From: an uncultured Christensenella sp.
Lineage (GTDB): Bacteria; Bacillota; Clostridia; Christensenellales; UBA1242
Direction: 5' to 3'
DNA length: 64,000 bases
Assembly (NCBI GenBank): GCA_949293905.1
Contig: CASFFG010000002.1
Span: 114,511 to 178,510, forward strand
This document shows, piece by piece, positions 55,440-64,000 of this stretch. The notes beneath the pieces were generated by a model. It saw only the letters and a program-made list of their open reading frames with translations, was not told the origin of the DNA and did not search any database. Made by a program: the position numbers and the translations under genes. The first letter of the stretch is position 1; each line of letters starts with the position of its first letter.

Positions 55440-55701
55440 CTTTACCTCCCCTTAAATAATCTTTTGCTAAATAAAGAATTTTATACATATAATCAAAAAC
55501 AATATAAAAACGAATAAACTCATTCACACAATTTTATATTTATTTAATTAGTGCTAGTTGATTTTATTTATGTTTATTTTTATAAAAGCACATTAAAAAT
55601 AATCTTAAATTAAAACTTGTTATATTTTTCAGCAAAATTAAATTTATTTAAATTTTTATTATTTATCACACATAGTCTAAAAATTGTGCATAAATAAAAA
55701 C

Positions 55702-56385
55702 ATGGAAAATTTAAAAAGAGATAACTATAATATCACTGACTTAAAATTTGCGGTAGAAAAATTAAAAGTGTTGTACTCTAATGCCGAAAATTTAAAAGAA
55801 AGTATTGCTATGTACCCGGACGATATAAAGTTAAGGAAAAAGTTATATTTAGCACGCGAACAAATATCTAAAATACAAAAAATCACTCACGCGCTAAGTG
55901 ATGAAATGTATATTAATTTTAGCGATTTATCGTCCGCTTTTAGAAAATATTTTCTAGAAAATTATGATTTAAAAATCTGCTTCCCGATTTTAGAAAATAG
56001 ACGAGATACAGCGGACGAATTTAAGTTTTATCAAACCACATTTCTAAATGTAAAAGACGATGCGGATAGTAAAGTTATATTACAACAACAAAAAACTAAA
56101 TCCCCATTTGATATAAGTAATCTAAATTATTTCAAAATAAATTCGTATCACCTGCTCATTCCCGAAACGATAAAAGATAAAAGTAGAAGGTATGAACTAA
56201 TCGATTTTAAAAAGACTTATCCACAATTCGACCACATTTTATACACACTGATAGAAAAAAATATTTTAAACTCATACGACAAAACGAATATAGTAGATAA
56301 ATATTTTGGACGACAATTTCAAGACATGGAAGAAACCCAATTTAATAGCGACGAAATCCACTCGAATAACGATTTTCTAAAATAA
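55702..56385 (+). CDS. hypothetical protein
   Basis: ORF. ATG 55702 is preferred (TGcATAAAT then 6 nt upstream). No family recognised. Confidence 0.45.
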   Translation: MENLKRDNYNITDLKFAVEKLKVLYSNAENLKESIAMYPDDIKLRKKLYLAREQISKIQKITHALSDEMYINFSDLSSAFRKYFLENYDLKICFPILENRRDTADEFKFYQTTFLNVKDDADSKVILQQQKTKSPFDISNLNYFKINSYHLLIPETIKDKSRRYELIDFKKTYPQFDHILYTLIEKNILNSYDKTNIVDKYFGRQFQDMEETQFNSDEIHSNNDFLK

Positions 56386-56415
56386 AAACTGAGAAAACTC
56401 TCAGTTCTTTTCATT
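56385..56415 (+). terminator. rho-independent terminator
   Basis: AACTGAGA (56387-56394) pairs with TCTCAGTT (56399-56406), followed by a T-rich tail. Confidence 0.7.
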
Positions 56416-56464
56416 TCTTTATAGAAAAATTAATATTTATAAATAAATTTATTAAAAATTTTAA

Positions 56465-56492
56465 ATTTTTATTGATTTTTTGATATTTTTAT
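56465..56492 (-). repeat. T-tract element copy 2, immediately 3' of the P-type ATPase gene
   Basis: ATTTTTATTGATTTTTTGATATTTTTAT. See copy 1 at 54941-54970. A partial third copy, TTTTTTGATATTTTTT, lies at 48124-48139. Confidence 0.7.
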
Positions 56493-56500
56493 AAATTTTT

Positions 56501-59125
56501 TTAAATATTTTTCATATTTTTTACATTTTTTAGATATTTTTTCTTTTTCGGTTCTAGTAATAATTTCATTAATTCACATAGTGGAATTATACTTATTGAC
56601 GCGATTATTACCATGACCCATTGTGATAGATTCAATGTTTCAAGTCCAAAGAGGGTATACATAAATGGCACGCATGCGACAAATAAATTAATGCACATTG
56701 TTATTATAAAACAAATATTAAAAGTTTTGTTATCCACCAAATTTTTAGTTAAAATTGAATTGTTTGTTTTACAATTTATACTATGTAATGTTTGCATAAA
56801 GATAATAGTAAAGAAAACCATTGTGCTTGCAACATTCGGTGAGTAACAGTAAATACCTACCACGAAAACAATAATTGTGATTAACGTTTGTAAAATAGAT
56901 TGATAAATTATTCCTACTCCAACCTTACCGCTAAAAAGACCACTTCGTGGATTTCTAGGTGGAGATGTCATAACTTTGCTCTCCACCTTTTCCATACCGA
57001 GAGCAAAGGCAGGAAGGCTATCTGTCACTAGATTTATAAACAGCATTTGCGCGGGTAAAAGAAAGGTGTAATTTGGGAAAAATATTAAGGCTATTAACAT
57101 TCCAAATACTTCTACGCAATTAGTCGAGATTAAAAATTGTAGTGCTTTTTGAATATTGCTATACACCTTTCGACCTTCTTCAACCGCAACTACGATTGAC
57201 GCGAAATTATCGTCCGTAACTATCATATCTGCCGAGTTTTTTACCACATCAGTTCCGCTCTTGCCCATGCCCACGCCAATATCCGCTATCTTTAAACTCG
57301 GGGCATCATTCACGCCATCTCCAGTCATTGCCACAATCTTCCCTAATGATTTTAGAGCGGATACAATCCTCACTTTATGTTCTGGGCTGACACGGGCGTA
57401 GACAGTATAATTTAGACAATTTCTCTTTAGTTCGCTTTCGTTCATTTTATCCAATTCTTCACCCGTGATAACCTGTTTTATGCTCGTTGCTATCCCTAAT
57501 TGTTGCGCGATAGAGAACGCCGTCCGCTTATGGTCACCTGTAATCATAACAGGCTTTAATCCCGCCTTAAAACAATTCTTTATACTATCTCTAACTTCCG
57601 GTCTTGGCTTATCCATCATTCCCGCCAAACCTAAGAAAATCATACCTTCTTCCAGCCCATCGTTAATGCTAAAACTATCGTATTCTTTATAACAAAATCC
57701 AATAACTCGTAACGCCTTATCCGTCATCTCATCGTTGATTTTTTTTATTTTTTCACGCAAAATATCGTCAAAAGGTAAAATTTCCCCATTAATTTTTATA
57801 AATTTACATTTTTTTATTAAAATTTCAGGCGCGCCTTTTGTATAACTTTTCACTCCGTTATCATTAATAATTACCGTCATCATCTTCCTATTTGAGTTGA
57901 ACGGAATTTCATGAATTGGTTTATGTTTTTCGATTTTACCATGTGCACTTGCGAATTCATAGAGAGCAAGTTCGGTGGCTTCGCCTGTGAGTTTTCCGTC
58001 TATCATCTCAGTGTCGTTGCATAGCATCATACACTTTAACATGTCCGCAAAACTTTCACCACTATTTCTATCATACTCACCGTCTGTGTATGTAGATACT
58101 ACCTGCATTTTGTTTAAAGTTAGTGTCCCTGTTTTGTCTGTACATATAATTTCACAACTACCTAGCGTTTCAACTGCATGAAGTCTTTTTACTATACATC
58201 TGCGCTTTGCCAACTGCTGAACTCCAAGCGCAAGTATTATCGTGATGACAGCAGGCAAACTTTCTGGAATTGCCGCCACCGCAAGCGCGACCGATGTCAT
58301 AATCGCATCGACTATACCATCTCCTGCTATTAATTCGATTGTTAAGATAACTATACAAATTGCGATTACCGACCAAGTAAGAATTTTGCCGATTCTATCT
58401 ATCGACTTTTGAAGCGGAGTCGTTTCTTTTTTGCTTTTAAATAGCATATTCGCGATTTTCCCAAGTTCAGTATCCTTGCCCGTCGCAACAACCACGCCTA
58501 AACCTTTTCCGCGAGTTATCATACTTCCCGAATAAACCATATTTTTGCGTTCTGCAAGCGGTGTAGATTTAGTTAAAATTATGTCTGCGTTTTTCTCTAC
58601 CGCCAGGCTCTCACCAGTAAGTGAACTTTCATCGCAACTTAGATTATTACACTCAATGAGTCGCATATCCGCCATTACGATATTTCCCGCTTCCAATTCT
58701 ACTATATCGCCAATGACCAGTTCAGTAGAGTCTATATTCATAACGGTGTTCGAGCGAATTACTTTTATATTCGTCTTTTCCTGCTGTTGAAGGTCGTCCA
58801 AACATGCTTGCGCTTTATTTTCTTGAATTACTCCAATTATCGCATTCATAATCACAATGAAAAAGATTACAAACCCTTCAAATAAGTCTGCATACTCTCG
58901 ATTTATCAACGCAATACTAACTGACACTACAGCGGACAGCAAAAGTATGCCTACCATTATATTCAAGAACTGCTTAAAAAATCGTTTGATTAATGACTGC
59001 TTTTTAGTACGCTCCAATTCGTTTTTGCCATATTTTTTTAACCTTTTACTCGCCTCATCAATACTCAAACCTGTTTTTGATGTGCCTACCTTTTGGATTA
59101 CTTCGTTCACTCTTAACTTGTACAT
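56501..59125 (-). CDS. cation-translocating P-type ATPase (P2, Ca2+-ATPase-like)
   Basis: DKTGTLT phosphorylation site, TGES, IPESLP, TGDHKRTA and GDGVNDAPSLK motifs. 874 aa. Confidence 0.93.
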   Translation of the reverse strand: MYKLRVNEVIQKVGTSKTGLSIDEASKRLKKYGKNELERTKKQSLIKRFFKQFLNIMVGILLLSAVVSVSIALINREYADLFEGFVIFFIVIMNAIIGVIQENKAQACLDDLQQQEKTNIKVIRSNTVMNIDSTELVIGDIVELEAGNIVMADMRLIECNNLSCDESSLTGESLAVEKNADIILTKSTPLAERKNMVYSGSMITRGKGLGVVVATGKDTELGKIANMLFKSKKETTPLQKSIDRIGKILTWSVIAICIVILTIELIAGDGIVDAIMTSVALAVAAIPESLPAVITIILALGVQQLAKRRCIVKRLHAVETLGSCEIICTDKTGTLTLNKMQVVSTYTDGEYDRNSGESFADMLKCMMLCNDTEMIDGKLTGEATELALYEFASAHGKIEKHKPIHEIPFNSNRKMMTVIINDNGVKSYTKGAPEILIKKCKFIKINGEILPFDDILREKIKKINDEMTDKALRVIGFCYKEYDSFSINDGLEEGMIFLGLAGMMDKPRPEVRDSIKNCFKAGLKPVMITGDHKRTAFSIAQQLGIATSIKQVITGEELDKMNESELKRNCLNYTVYARVSPEHKVRIVSALKSLGKIVAMTGDGVNDAPSLKIADIGVGMGKSGTDVVKNSADMIVTDDNFASIVVAVEEGRKVYSNIQKALQFLISTNCVEVFGMLIALIFFPNYTFLLPAQMLFINLVTDSLPAFALGMEKVESKVMTSPPRNPRSGLFSGKVGVGIIYQSILQTLITIIVFVVGIYCYSPNVASTMVFFTIIFMQTLHSINCKTNNSILTKNLVDNKTFNICFIITMCINLFVACVPFMYTLFGLETLNLSQWVMVIIASISIIPLCELMKLLLEPKKKKYLKNVKNMKNI

Positions 59126-59255
59126 ACTAATCTATTTTATTTTAAAAATTGTACTATTAGAACGCTCGTACAAACTAAAAAATAAAAAATTTGTAGAAAG
59201 TCTATATTTAATTGTAATTTGAAAATTTTTATGTTAAAATCATGTTGAGGATAAT

Positions 59256-61109
59256 ATGAAAGACAAGATAGACGAAATAATCTCAAAATTTGATGAATTT
59301 CATATAAAAAAGGCAAAGACCCTTCTTGAAGTCATAACAGAAATGGGGCTAAAGGAAGAAGTCCAACTAGAAGGAGTGCTTTATGCGTCACTTCGCCTTA
59401 ATTTAACTACATTAGATGATATCAAAAAAAATTATCCGGACGAGATTTATACTCCCGTTGCAACATTGGAGAAAATATACAACATAAATTATAGCCAACA
59501 GGAAGAAGAAGCAGAAAATTTAAGAAAAATGTTCTTCGCTATAACTAAGGATATTCGTACTATAATGTTAAAATTGGCGCTCATCGTCGTCGAACTTAGA
59601 TATTCCAATAACTTAACTCATGAAGGACAAGTTTATCTAGCAAACTCAATATTCGCGCTATTCGCACCGCTCGCAGCCAGACTAGGTCTAACTAACTATA
59701 AGACCGAACTTGAGAATGGGGCATTCAAAATCTTAAATCCTGAAAAATACGATGAAATAGAGCGTGAAGTTGATTCTCGCTTCCACGAACGCCAACCGCT
59801 AGTAGACAAACTCGTTGCCCTTGTAAAAAAATGCATGTACGAACTAGGAATAAAAGGGAGAGTCTACGGAAGGAAGAAACATATTTATAGCATATACAAA
59901 AAACTAGCCGACCATAATTTAGACAACATTTTCGACCTAGTAGCAGTGCGTGCGATTGTGTCTACCGTCGCAGAGTGTTTTGCTCTAATCGGTAGACTAC
60001 ATAGCGAAGTAGTCCCACTATCCAAACGTTATAAAGATTATATTACAAACCCTAAGCCAAACGGATACCAAAGCATACATTCTACCGTCATATTTGAAGG
60101 TTATCCAGTTGAAATTCAAATACGAACGGAAGAAATGAACCAATACGCCGAATACGGTGTCGCGGCTCACTGGGTATATAAGGAAAAACGAACAAAGAGA
60201 GATTCTCTCGACATTCGTTTAGCTTGGCTTAGAAAAATGATGGAAGACGCGGATAACGACATTGATGATTTAGCAAAATCTCTAAACCAAGACATATACA
60301 ATAACGATATTTTTGTACAGACCCCTAAAGGTAAAGTCGTATATCTACCTAGCGGGTCAACACCTATTGACTTCGCATATATGATTCATAGTGAAGTTGG
60401 AAACCGCTGTGTAGGTGCAAAAATTAATGGAAAAATGGCGTCTACTACCACCCCATTAAATAACGGTGATGTCGTAGAAATTATAACTAACCCTAACTCA
60501 AAAGGTCCTTCGCGCGACTGGTTGAAAATATGTAAAATTAGTGAAGCCCGCTCTAAAATCAATGCGTTCTTTAAGAAAAACATGAAAGAAGAGACGATTA
60601 AACTAGGAAAATCTATGTTAGAGAGCGCCGTTAAGGAAAAGGGCTATTCGACCAGCAAACTCATCTCAAATAACATGTTTGATGAAATACTAAGATATTA
60701 TAATATGAACGAGATGGACGAGTTGTATGCGAATATTGGCACTAACGCAATTAGTGCAAAATTAATTGCAAATAAACTTGCACAGGCTTATCAAAAGAAG
60801 ATAAAATTAGAGTCAAGCCCAACTAGTATAAATTCAAGTGTTTCACTAATTGAGCCAACTGATAATCAAGTCGCTTTGAAAGGATTAAATAATATACTAC
60901 TTAAATTTGCGGGCTGTTGTCGTCCTATGTATGGAGACGAGATTGTAGGCTTTGTATCGTCCGGTCGTGGTGTTATTATTCATCGAAAGGTTTGTCCTAA
61001 TGTGTCCTATTTTGATGAAGCGCGCCTAATTGAAGCAACTTGGAAACCTATGGAAGAGAAAATCAAATCTAAACATAATAAAAAGCAAAAATCTACTAAC
61101 ACTAACTAA
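59256..61109 (+). CDS. relA: long RelA/SpoT homologue, synthetase-only type (degenerate hydrolase domain, no ACT domain)
   Basis: Synthetase motifs GRKKHIYSIYKK, DLVAVRAIV, PKPNGYQSIHSTV and EIQIRTEEMNQYAEYGVAAHWVYKE. TGS domain and CC-x-P zinc-finger region are present. The HD-domain catalytic residues are replaced (see finding). Confidence 0.9.
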   Translation: MKDKIDEIISKFDEFHIKKAKTLLEVITEMGLKEEVQLEGVLYASLRLNLTTLDDIKKNYPDEIYTPVATLEKIYNINYSQQEEEAENLRKMFFAITKDIRTIMLKLALIVVELRYSNNLTHEGQVYLANSIFALFAPLAARLGLTNYKTELENGAFKILNPEKYDEIEREVDSRFHERQPLVDKLVALVKKCMYELGIKGRVYGRKKHIYSIYKKLADHNLDNIFDLVAVRAIVSTVAECFALIGRLHSEVVPLSKRYKDYITNPKPNGYQSIHSTVIFEGYPVEIQIRTEEMNQYAEYGVAAHWVYKEKRTKRDSLDIRLAWLRKMMEDADNDIDDLAKSLNQDIYNNDIFVQTPKGKVVYLPSGSTPIDFAYMIHSEVGNRCVGAKINGKMASTTTPLNNGDVVEIITNPNSKGPSRDWLKICKISEARSKINAFFKKNMKEETIKLGKSMLESAVKEKGYSTSKLISNNMFDEILRYYNMNEMDELYANIGTNAISAKLIANKLAQAYQKKIKLESSPTSINSSVSLIEPTDNQVALKGLNNILLKFAGCCRPMYGDEIVGFVSSGRGVIIHRKVCPNVSYFDEARLIEATWKPMEEKIKSKHNKKQKSTNTN

Positions 61110-61137
61110 TGTAAATCTATAAACGCCAAGGAGAAAT

Positions 61138-62292
61138 ATGAAAAAAGTTTTATTGACATACATGGAGTCAGGCAATGGGCATATCACTTCAATAAAAGCC
61201 ATTAGTGATGCACTGAAATTATATAATGACCCGGATATTGAGATTATTGATAGTTATATCATGCAAGAAGATAGAAATCCTACTCTTATTAAATTCAATG
61301 ATTTCATCATTCATCAAACTAAACAGACGAATAAGATTAAAGGTTATGGCCCGTTCGTCTTCAGTTTACTTGAGATTTTAGGGAAGCAAAAGTTCATGGT
61401 GATACTCCATCACACTTTGTTTAGAAAGGCTCTAAAAGAGACCCTTAAAGTCTTTGATAGGATTAAACCAGATGTAATAGTCAGCACGCACTATTATATG
61501 ACCCTTTCCGCTATTGAATATAAGAAAAAGTATAATAAAAATTGTATCGTTATAACATATAATCCAGACAATAATATTCATGCATGGTGGGATAATCGTG
61601 ACGGTCTGTTCATTGTGAATAACGAAGAGGCTTATAACGAGGCTATAAAACGCAGGCATTTCAATCCGGACAAAGTTAAGTTAGTTTATTTCACCGCGCG
61701 CGACGAGATAGTAAATGCCGTTATCGATAAAGATGCGTATCGCGAAAAGTATGGTATACCAAAAGATCAATTCTGCGTGATTGTAGCGGACGGGGCATAT
61801 GCTAGCGCACGCTCGCGCTCTGTCGTAGACGAACTTTTGAAGACGGATAAAAACTTAACAATTATCTTCCTTGCTGGGAAAAACGAAACGCTATTAAATA
61901 AATATAATGAAATAAAAGATAAAACAAAGCCGAATATCAAACTAATTGTGAGCGGATTTACTACCGATGTTCACGAACTATATTGCGCGAGTGACCTATT
62001 TATTACTAAGGCAGGTCCTAACGCAATTCTTGATAGCGTCTTTATGCATACCCCTGTTTTAGTAGATTATTATGCACACCCTATTGAAAAGGCAACCACA
62101 AAATTATTTGTGGATAAGTTTAAATGTGGAATCGCTATTTACAAACCTAAAAAGATTAGAAAAGCGGTGGAAAACTACATCGACCACCCAGAAAAACTAG
62201 ATGAATTTAGAGCAAATTGTGCAAAATTTGACCGTACAGAGAACGGTGCAAAAGATGTGGCAAAATATATCATAGATGAGTTGAAAAAATAA
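61138..62292 (+). CDS. MGDG-synthase/UgtP-like diacylglycerol glycosyltransferase (GT28)
   Basis: N-terminal MESGNGHITSIKAISDAL and C-terminal ITKAGPNAILDS patterns. AAGGAG RBS. Confidence 0.75.
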   Translation: MKKVLLTYMESGNGHITSIKAISDALKLYNDPDIEIIDSYIMQEDRNPTLIKFNDFIIHQTKQTNKIKGYGPFVFSLLEILGKQKFMVILHHTLFRKALKETLKVFDRIKPDVIVSTHYYMTLSAIEYKKKYNKNCIVITYNPDNNIHAWWDNRDGLFIVNNEEAYNEAIKRRHFNPDKVKLVYFTARDEIVNAVIDKDAYREKYGIPKDQFCVIVADGAYASARSRSVVDELLKTDKNLTIIFLAGKNETLLNKYNEIKDKTKPNIKLIVSGFTTDVHELYCASDLFITKAGPNAILDSVFMHTPVLVDYYAHPIEKATTKLFVDKFKCGIAIYKPKKIRKAVENYIDHPEKLDEFRANCAKFDRTENGAKDVAKYIIDELKK

Positions 62293-62293
62293 A

Positions 62294-63205
62294 ATGAAGG
62301 AACTTGATACGAACTTAAAATACGACTTGGAAGCAATGAACCTTAACCCAAATTCGCGTGATTATAAAAAGATATTAGTTAGGCTCGCTAGTCATGGAGA
62401 TTTCGATACTCATACTACTAAGTTTAAGACTAATAATCAAAAGAAAATAGATGGCGAATATGTCTTTGTGCCGAAAAATTTGGTATTTCGAGTTACTCGC
62501 GCGCTCGCTCGCGGAATTGTAGGGTTATTTGGACCATTAGTTACAAAAGTTGCATTCAATCTTAAAGTCGTAGGTCGAGAAAATTTAAAAGGAATTAAGT
62601 CTGCAATAACTGTCAGTAACCACGTTCACTATCTTGACGCACTTATGAACATGCAAGCATTGCGCGGAAAAAAATTTTATATAGTCGGTGCACCCCATAA
62701 TATGAAGCGCGGAATAGCAGGTTATCTTATGAAGGCAGGTGGTATGCTCCCACTCTCCACTTCACTTTCGGCGAGTAAAAACCTGAATGCAACTATTAGC
62801 GAAATTTTAAGTCAAGGTGGGTTTATCCACATGTACGCAGAATCGGCCCTTTGGTTTAGATATGAAAAAAGTCGCCCATTAAAAATTGGAGCATTTAAGA
62901 TGGCATGTGAAAATAATGTCCCTATTGTACCTATCGTTATTTTATTTAGAAACAAAAATAAACTCGAATTCTTTAGAAAAAAGAAAACTATAACTTTAAA
63001 GATTTGTAAACCTATCTTCCCAGATGTCAACTTGACTAAGCGCGAGCAAGCAGTAAAGATGATGAACGAATGTCAACGTGTATACAATGACACAATTTGT
63101 GATTTTTATGGCTATGATAAGGAAACTTACAGTATTTTCCCGAGTGAAGAAGAGTTAAAAATGTACGAGTTAACCGCTGCTGATGACGAAAAAGAAGAGA
63201 TATAA
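62294..63205 (+). CDS. 1-acyl-sn-glycerol-3-phosphate acyltransferase family protein
   Basis: HX4D motif in VSNHVHYLD and downstream MYAESALW (acyltransferase block III-like). Confidence 0.75.
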   Translation: MKELDTNLKYDLEAMNLNPNSRDYKKILVRLASHGDFDTHTTKFKTNNQKKIDGEYVFVPKNLVFRVTRALARGIVGLFGPLVTKVAFNLKVVGRENLKGIKSAITVSNHVHYLDALMNMQALRGKKFYIVGAPHNMKRGIAGYLMKAGGMLPLSTSLSASKNLNATISEILSQGGFIHMYAESALWFRYEKSRPLKIGAFKMACENNVPIVPIVILFRNKNKLEFFRKKKTITLKICKPIFPDVNLTKREQAVKMMNECQRVYNDTICDFYGYDKETYSIFPSEEELKMYELTAADDEKEEI

Positions 63206-63206
63206 C

Positions 63207-63749
63207 CTATCTCTTTTTTGCTATCTTAAAACTATCATCTATTAAATCATATAACTTAGTTGTGGGGATACTATAATCAAGACAAATAGTTATCCAGTTT
63301 TTTTTGTTCATATGGTATCCTTCAAAAATCGTTTTATTGTCTATCAATTCTTCTATCTCAACTTCATTTGCTCTCAAGTCGATTATTTCAATCTCGTCAT
63401 CGCTATCTATTTTTAGCCGTCTTTTTGGCACAACCATTAATATAGCATACCATTTTTTGTTGTCTTTTCTTCGTCATATCGCATTTTTTGGAAACTTGGG
63501 CCACAAATATTCGAGTTCGTCGCCGTATTTGTTAGTGATATAACTTATTATTTCTTTTGCTTGTTTACTTTTAAAAATGTCCTTGTCAAAACATTTTTCC
63601 ATTACATCGTTTAGTAGGCGTTCATATTCAGTTCTAATTTTGCCGACAAATTCTCCTGTCGCATTAGTTAAGTGCAAAATATATTCATCTTGTGTAGAAT
63701 TCTCCACAACTTTTGTGGTTAGATAATCATCAAAAATCTCTATTCGCAT
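63207..63749 (-). pseudogene. MmcQ/YjbR-family gene interrupted by one in-frame TGA
   Basis: ORFs 63474-63749 and 63207-63437 are in the same frame. Read-through gives ...LWPKFPKNAI*RRKDNKKWYAILMVVPKRRL...GYHMNKKNWITICLD, with the stop at 63474-63476 where the family normally has an aromatic residue. Confidence 0.65.
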
Positions 63750-64000
63750 TGTAAATTGATTGTCCGCAATGCTTTTAAAAAAGACATATCTATCACTTTG
63801 TTTGAGAAACCCATAATTTAATATGATTAGCCCTTTTGTCTTTAATCAATATCTTAATCATATTTTTATTATATCAAATGTGACTTCATTTTGTAATGGA
63901 ATTTTAATAATTTGAAAAAAGTTGTATTAAATTTTAATTTATGGTGTAAATGAGTTCATCTTATCGTGATGTCTTGCTTAAAAATGGATATATAACGTAT

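Noticed and set aside
55684-55701. TTG start given in the ORF track for the 233-aa hypothetical protein
   Set aside because: The ATG at 55702 is preceded by TGcATAAAT plus 6 nt, and the upstream extension has no RBS. The shorter model is preferred, though with low confidence.
890-63543. Numerous 60-140-aa ORFs in the track that lie antisense or out of frame inside long genes. Examples: 890-1207, 2594-2953, 12066-12455, 14879-15298, 34615-35283, 41348-41752, 44613-44972, 51165-51518, 58857-59222.
   Set aside because: These are shadow ORFs within well-supported conserved genes. Their composition is biased, and they have no RBS or promoter support.

Overview
The window is an AT-rich chromosomal segment with Bacillota-like synteny: pth-mfd-prsA-like, acpP, ftsH, tyrS, ychF, uppP, gltX and a relA-like gene. 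No rRNA, tRNA, CRISPR array, transposase or integrase was recognised. The standard genetic code applies, since TGA terminates mfd.

Accessory content sits between the housekeeping genes:
- **Polysaccharide locus (about 15.4-29.3 kb).** It contains glf, four GT2/GT4 glycosyltransferases, an initiating sugar transferase, an O-antigen-ligase/Wzy-like protein and a Wzm/Wzt ABC exporter. It also encodes an unusual 927-aa fusion of a polysaccharide pyruvyl transferase with a MenD-type thiamine-diphosphate enzyme.
- **Orphan three-gene unit (29.4-31.4 kb).** An atypical HAD/Cof-like protein is followed by two tandem paralogous 2-TM proteins, all behind a consensus promoter.
- **adh-FIST-aldh operon (33.3-38.3 kb)**, with a neighbouring TIM-barrel gene.
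- **Overlapping hydrolase trio (48.2-50.2 kb).** NT5C-like nucleotidase, nucleoside hydrolase and a DUF5662 protein with HD-like motifs.

The strongest signal read directly from the DNA is that at least 11 genes have a near-consensus -35/-10 promoter ending 6-8 nt before the ATG. This implies leaderless mRNAs alongside ordinary Shine-Dalgarno-led genes.

Other observations:
- A YdjC/ChbG gene is broken in a G8 homopolymer.
- A YjbR/MmcQ-like gene has a single in-frame TGA.
- The long RelA/SpoT homologue has lost the hydrolase catalytic residues and the C-terminal ACT domain.
- An 18-bp in-frame tandem duplication lies in the prsA-like gene.
- An array of ATTTTCCAC half-sites lies upstream of the sugar transferase gene.
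- T-tracts are phased at about 10 bp in intergenic regions, and a conserved roughly 30-bp element follows two gene 3' ends.

My best candidates for an undescribed system are the HAD-like + 2xTM unit and the nucleotidase/nucleoside-hydrolase/DUF5662 trio. Both are inferences from sequence motifs and gene order only. All family assignments were made by eye, without database searches.
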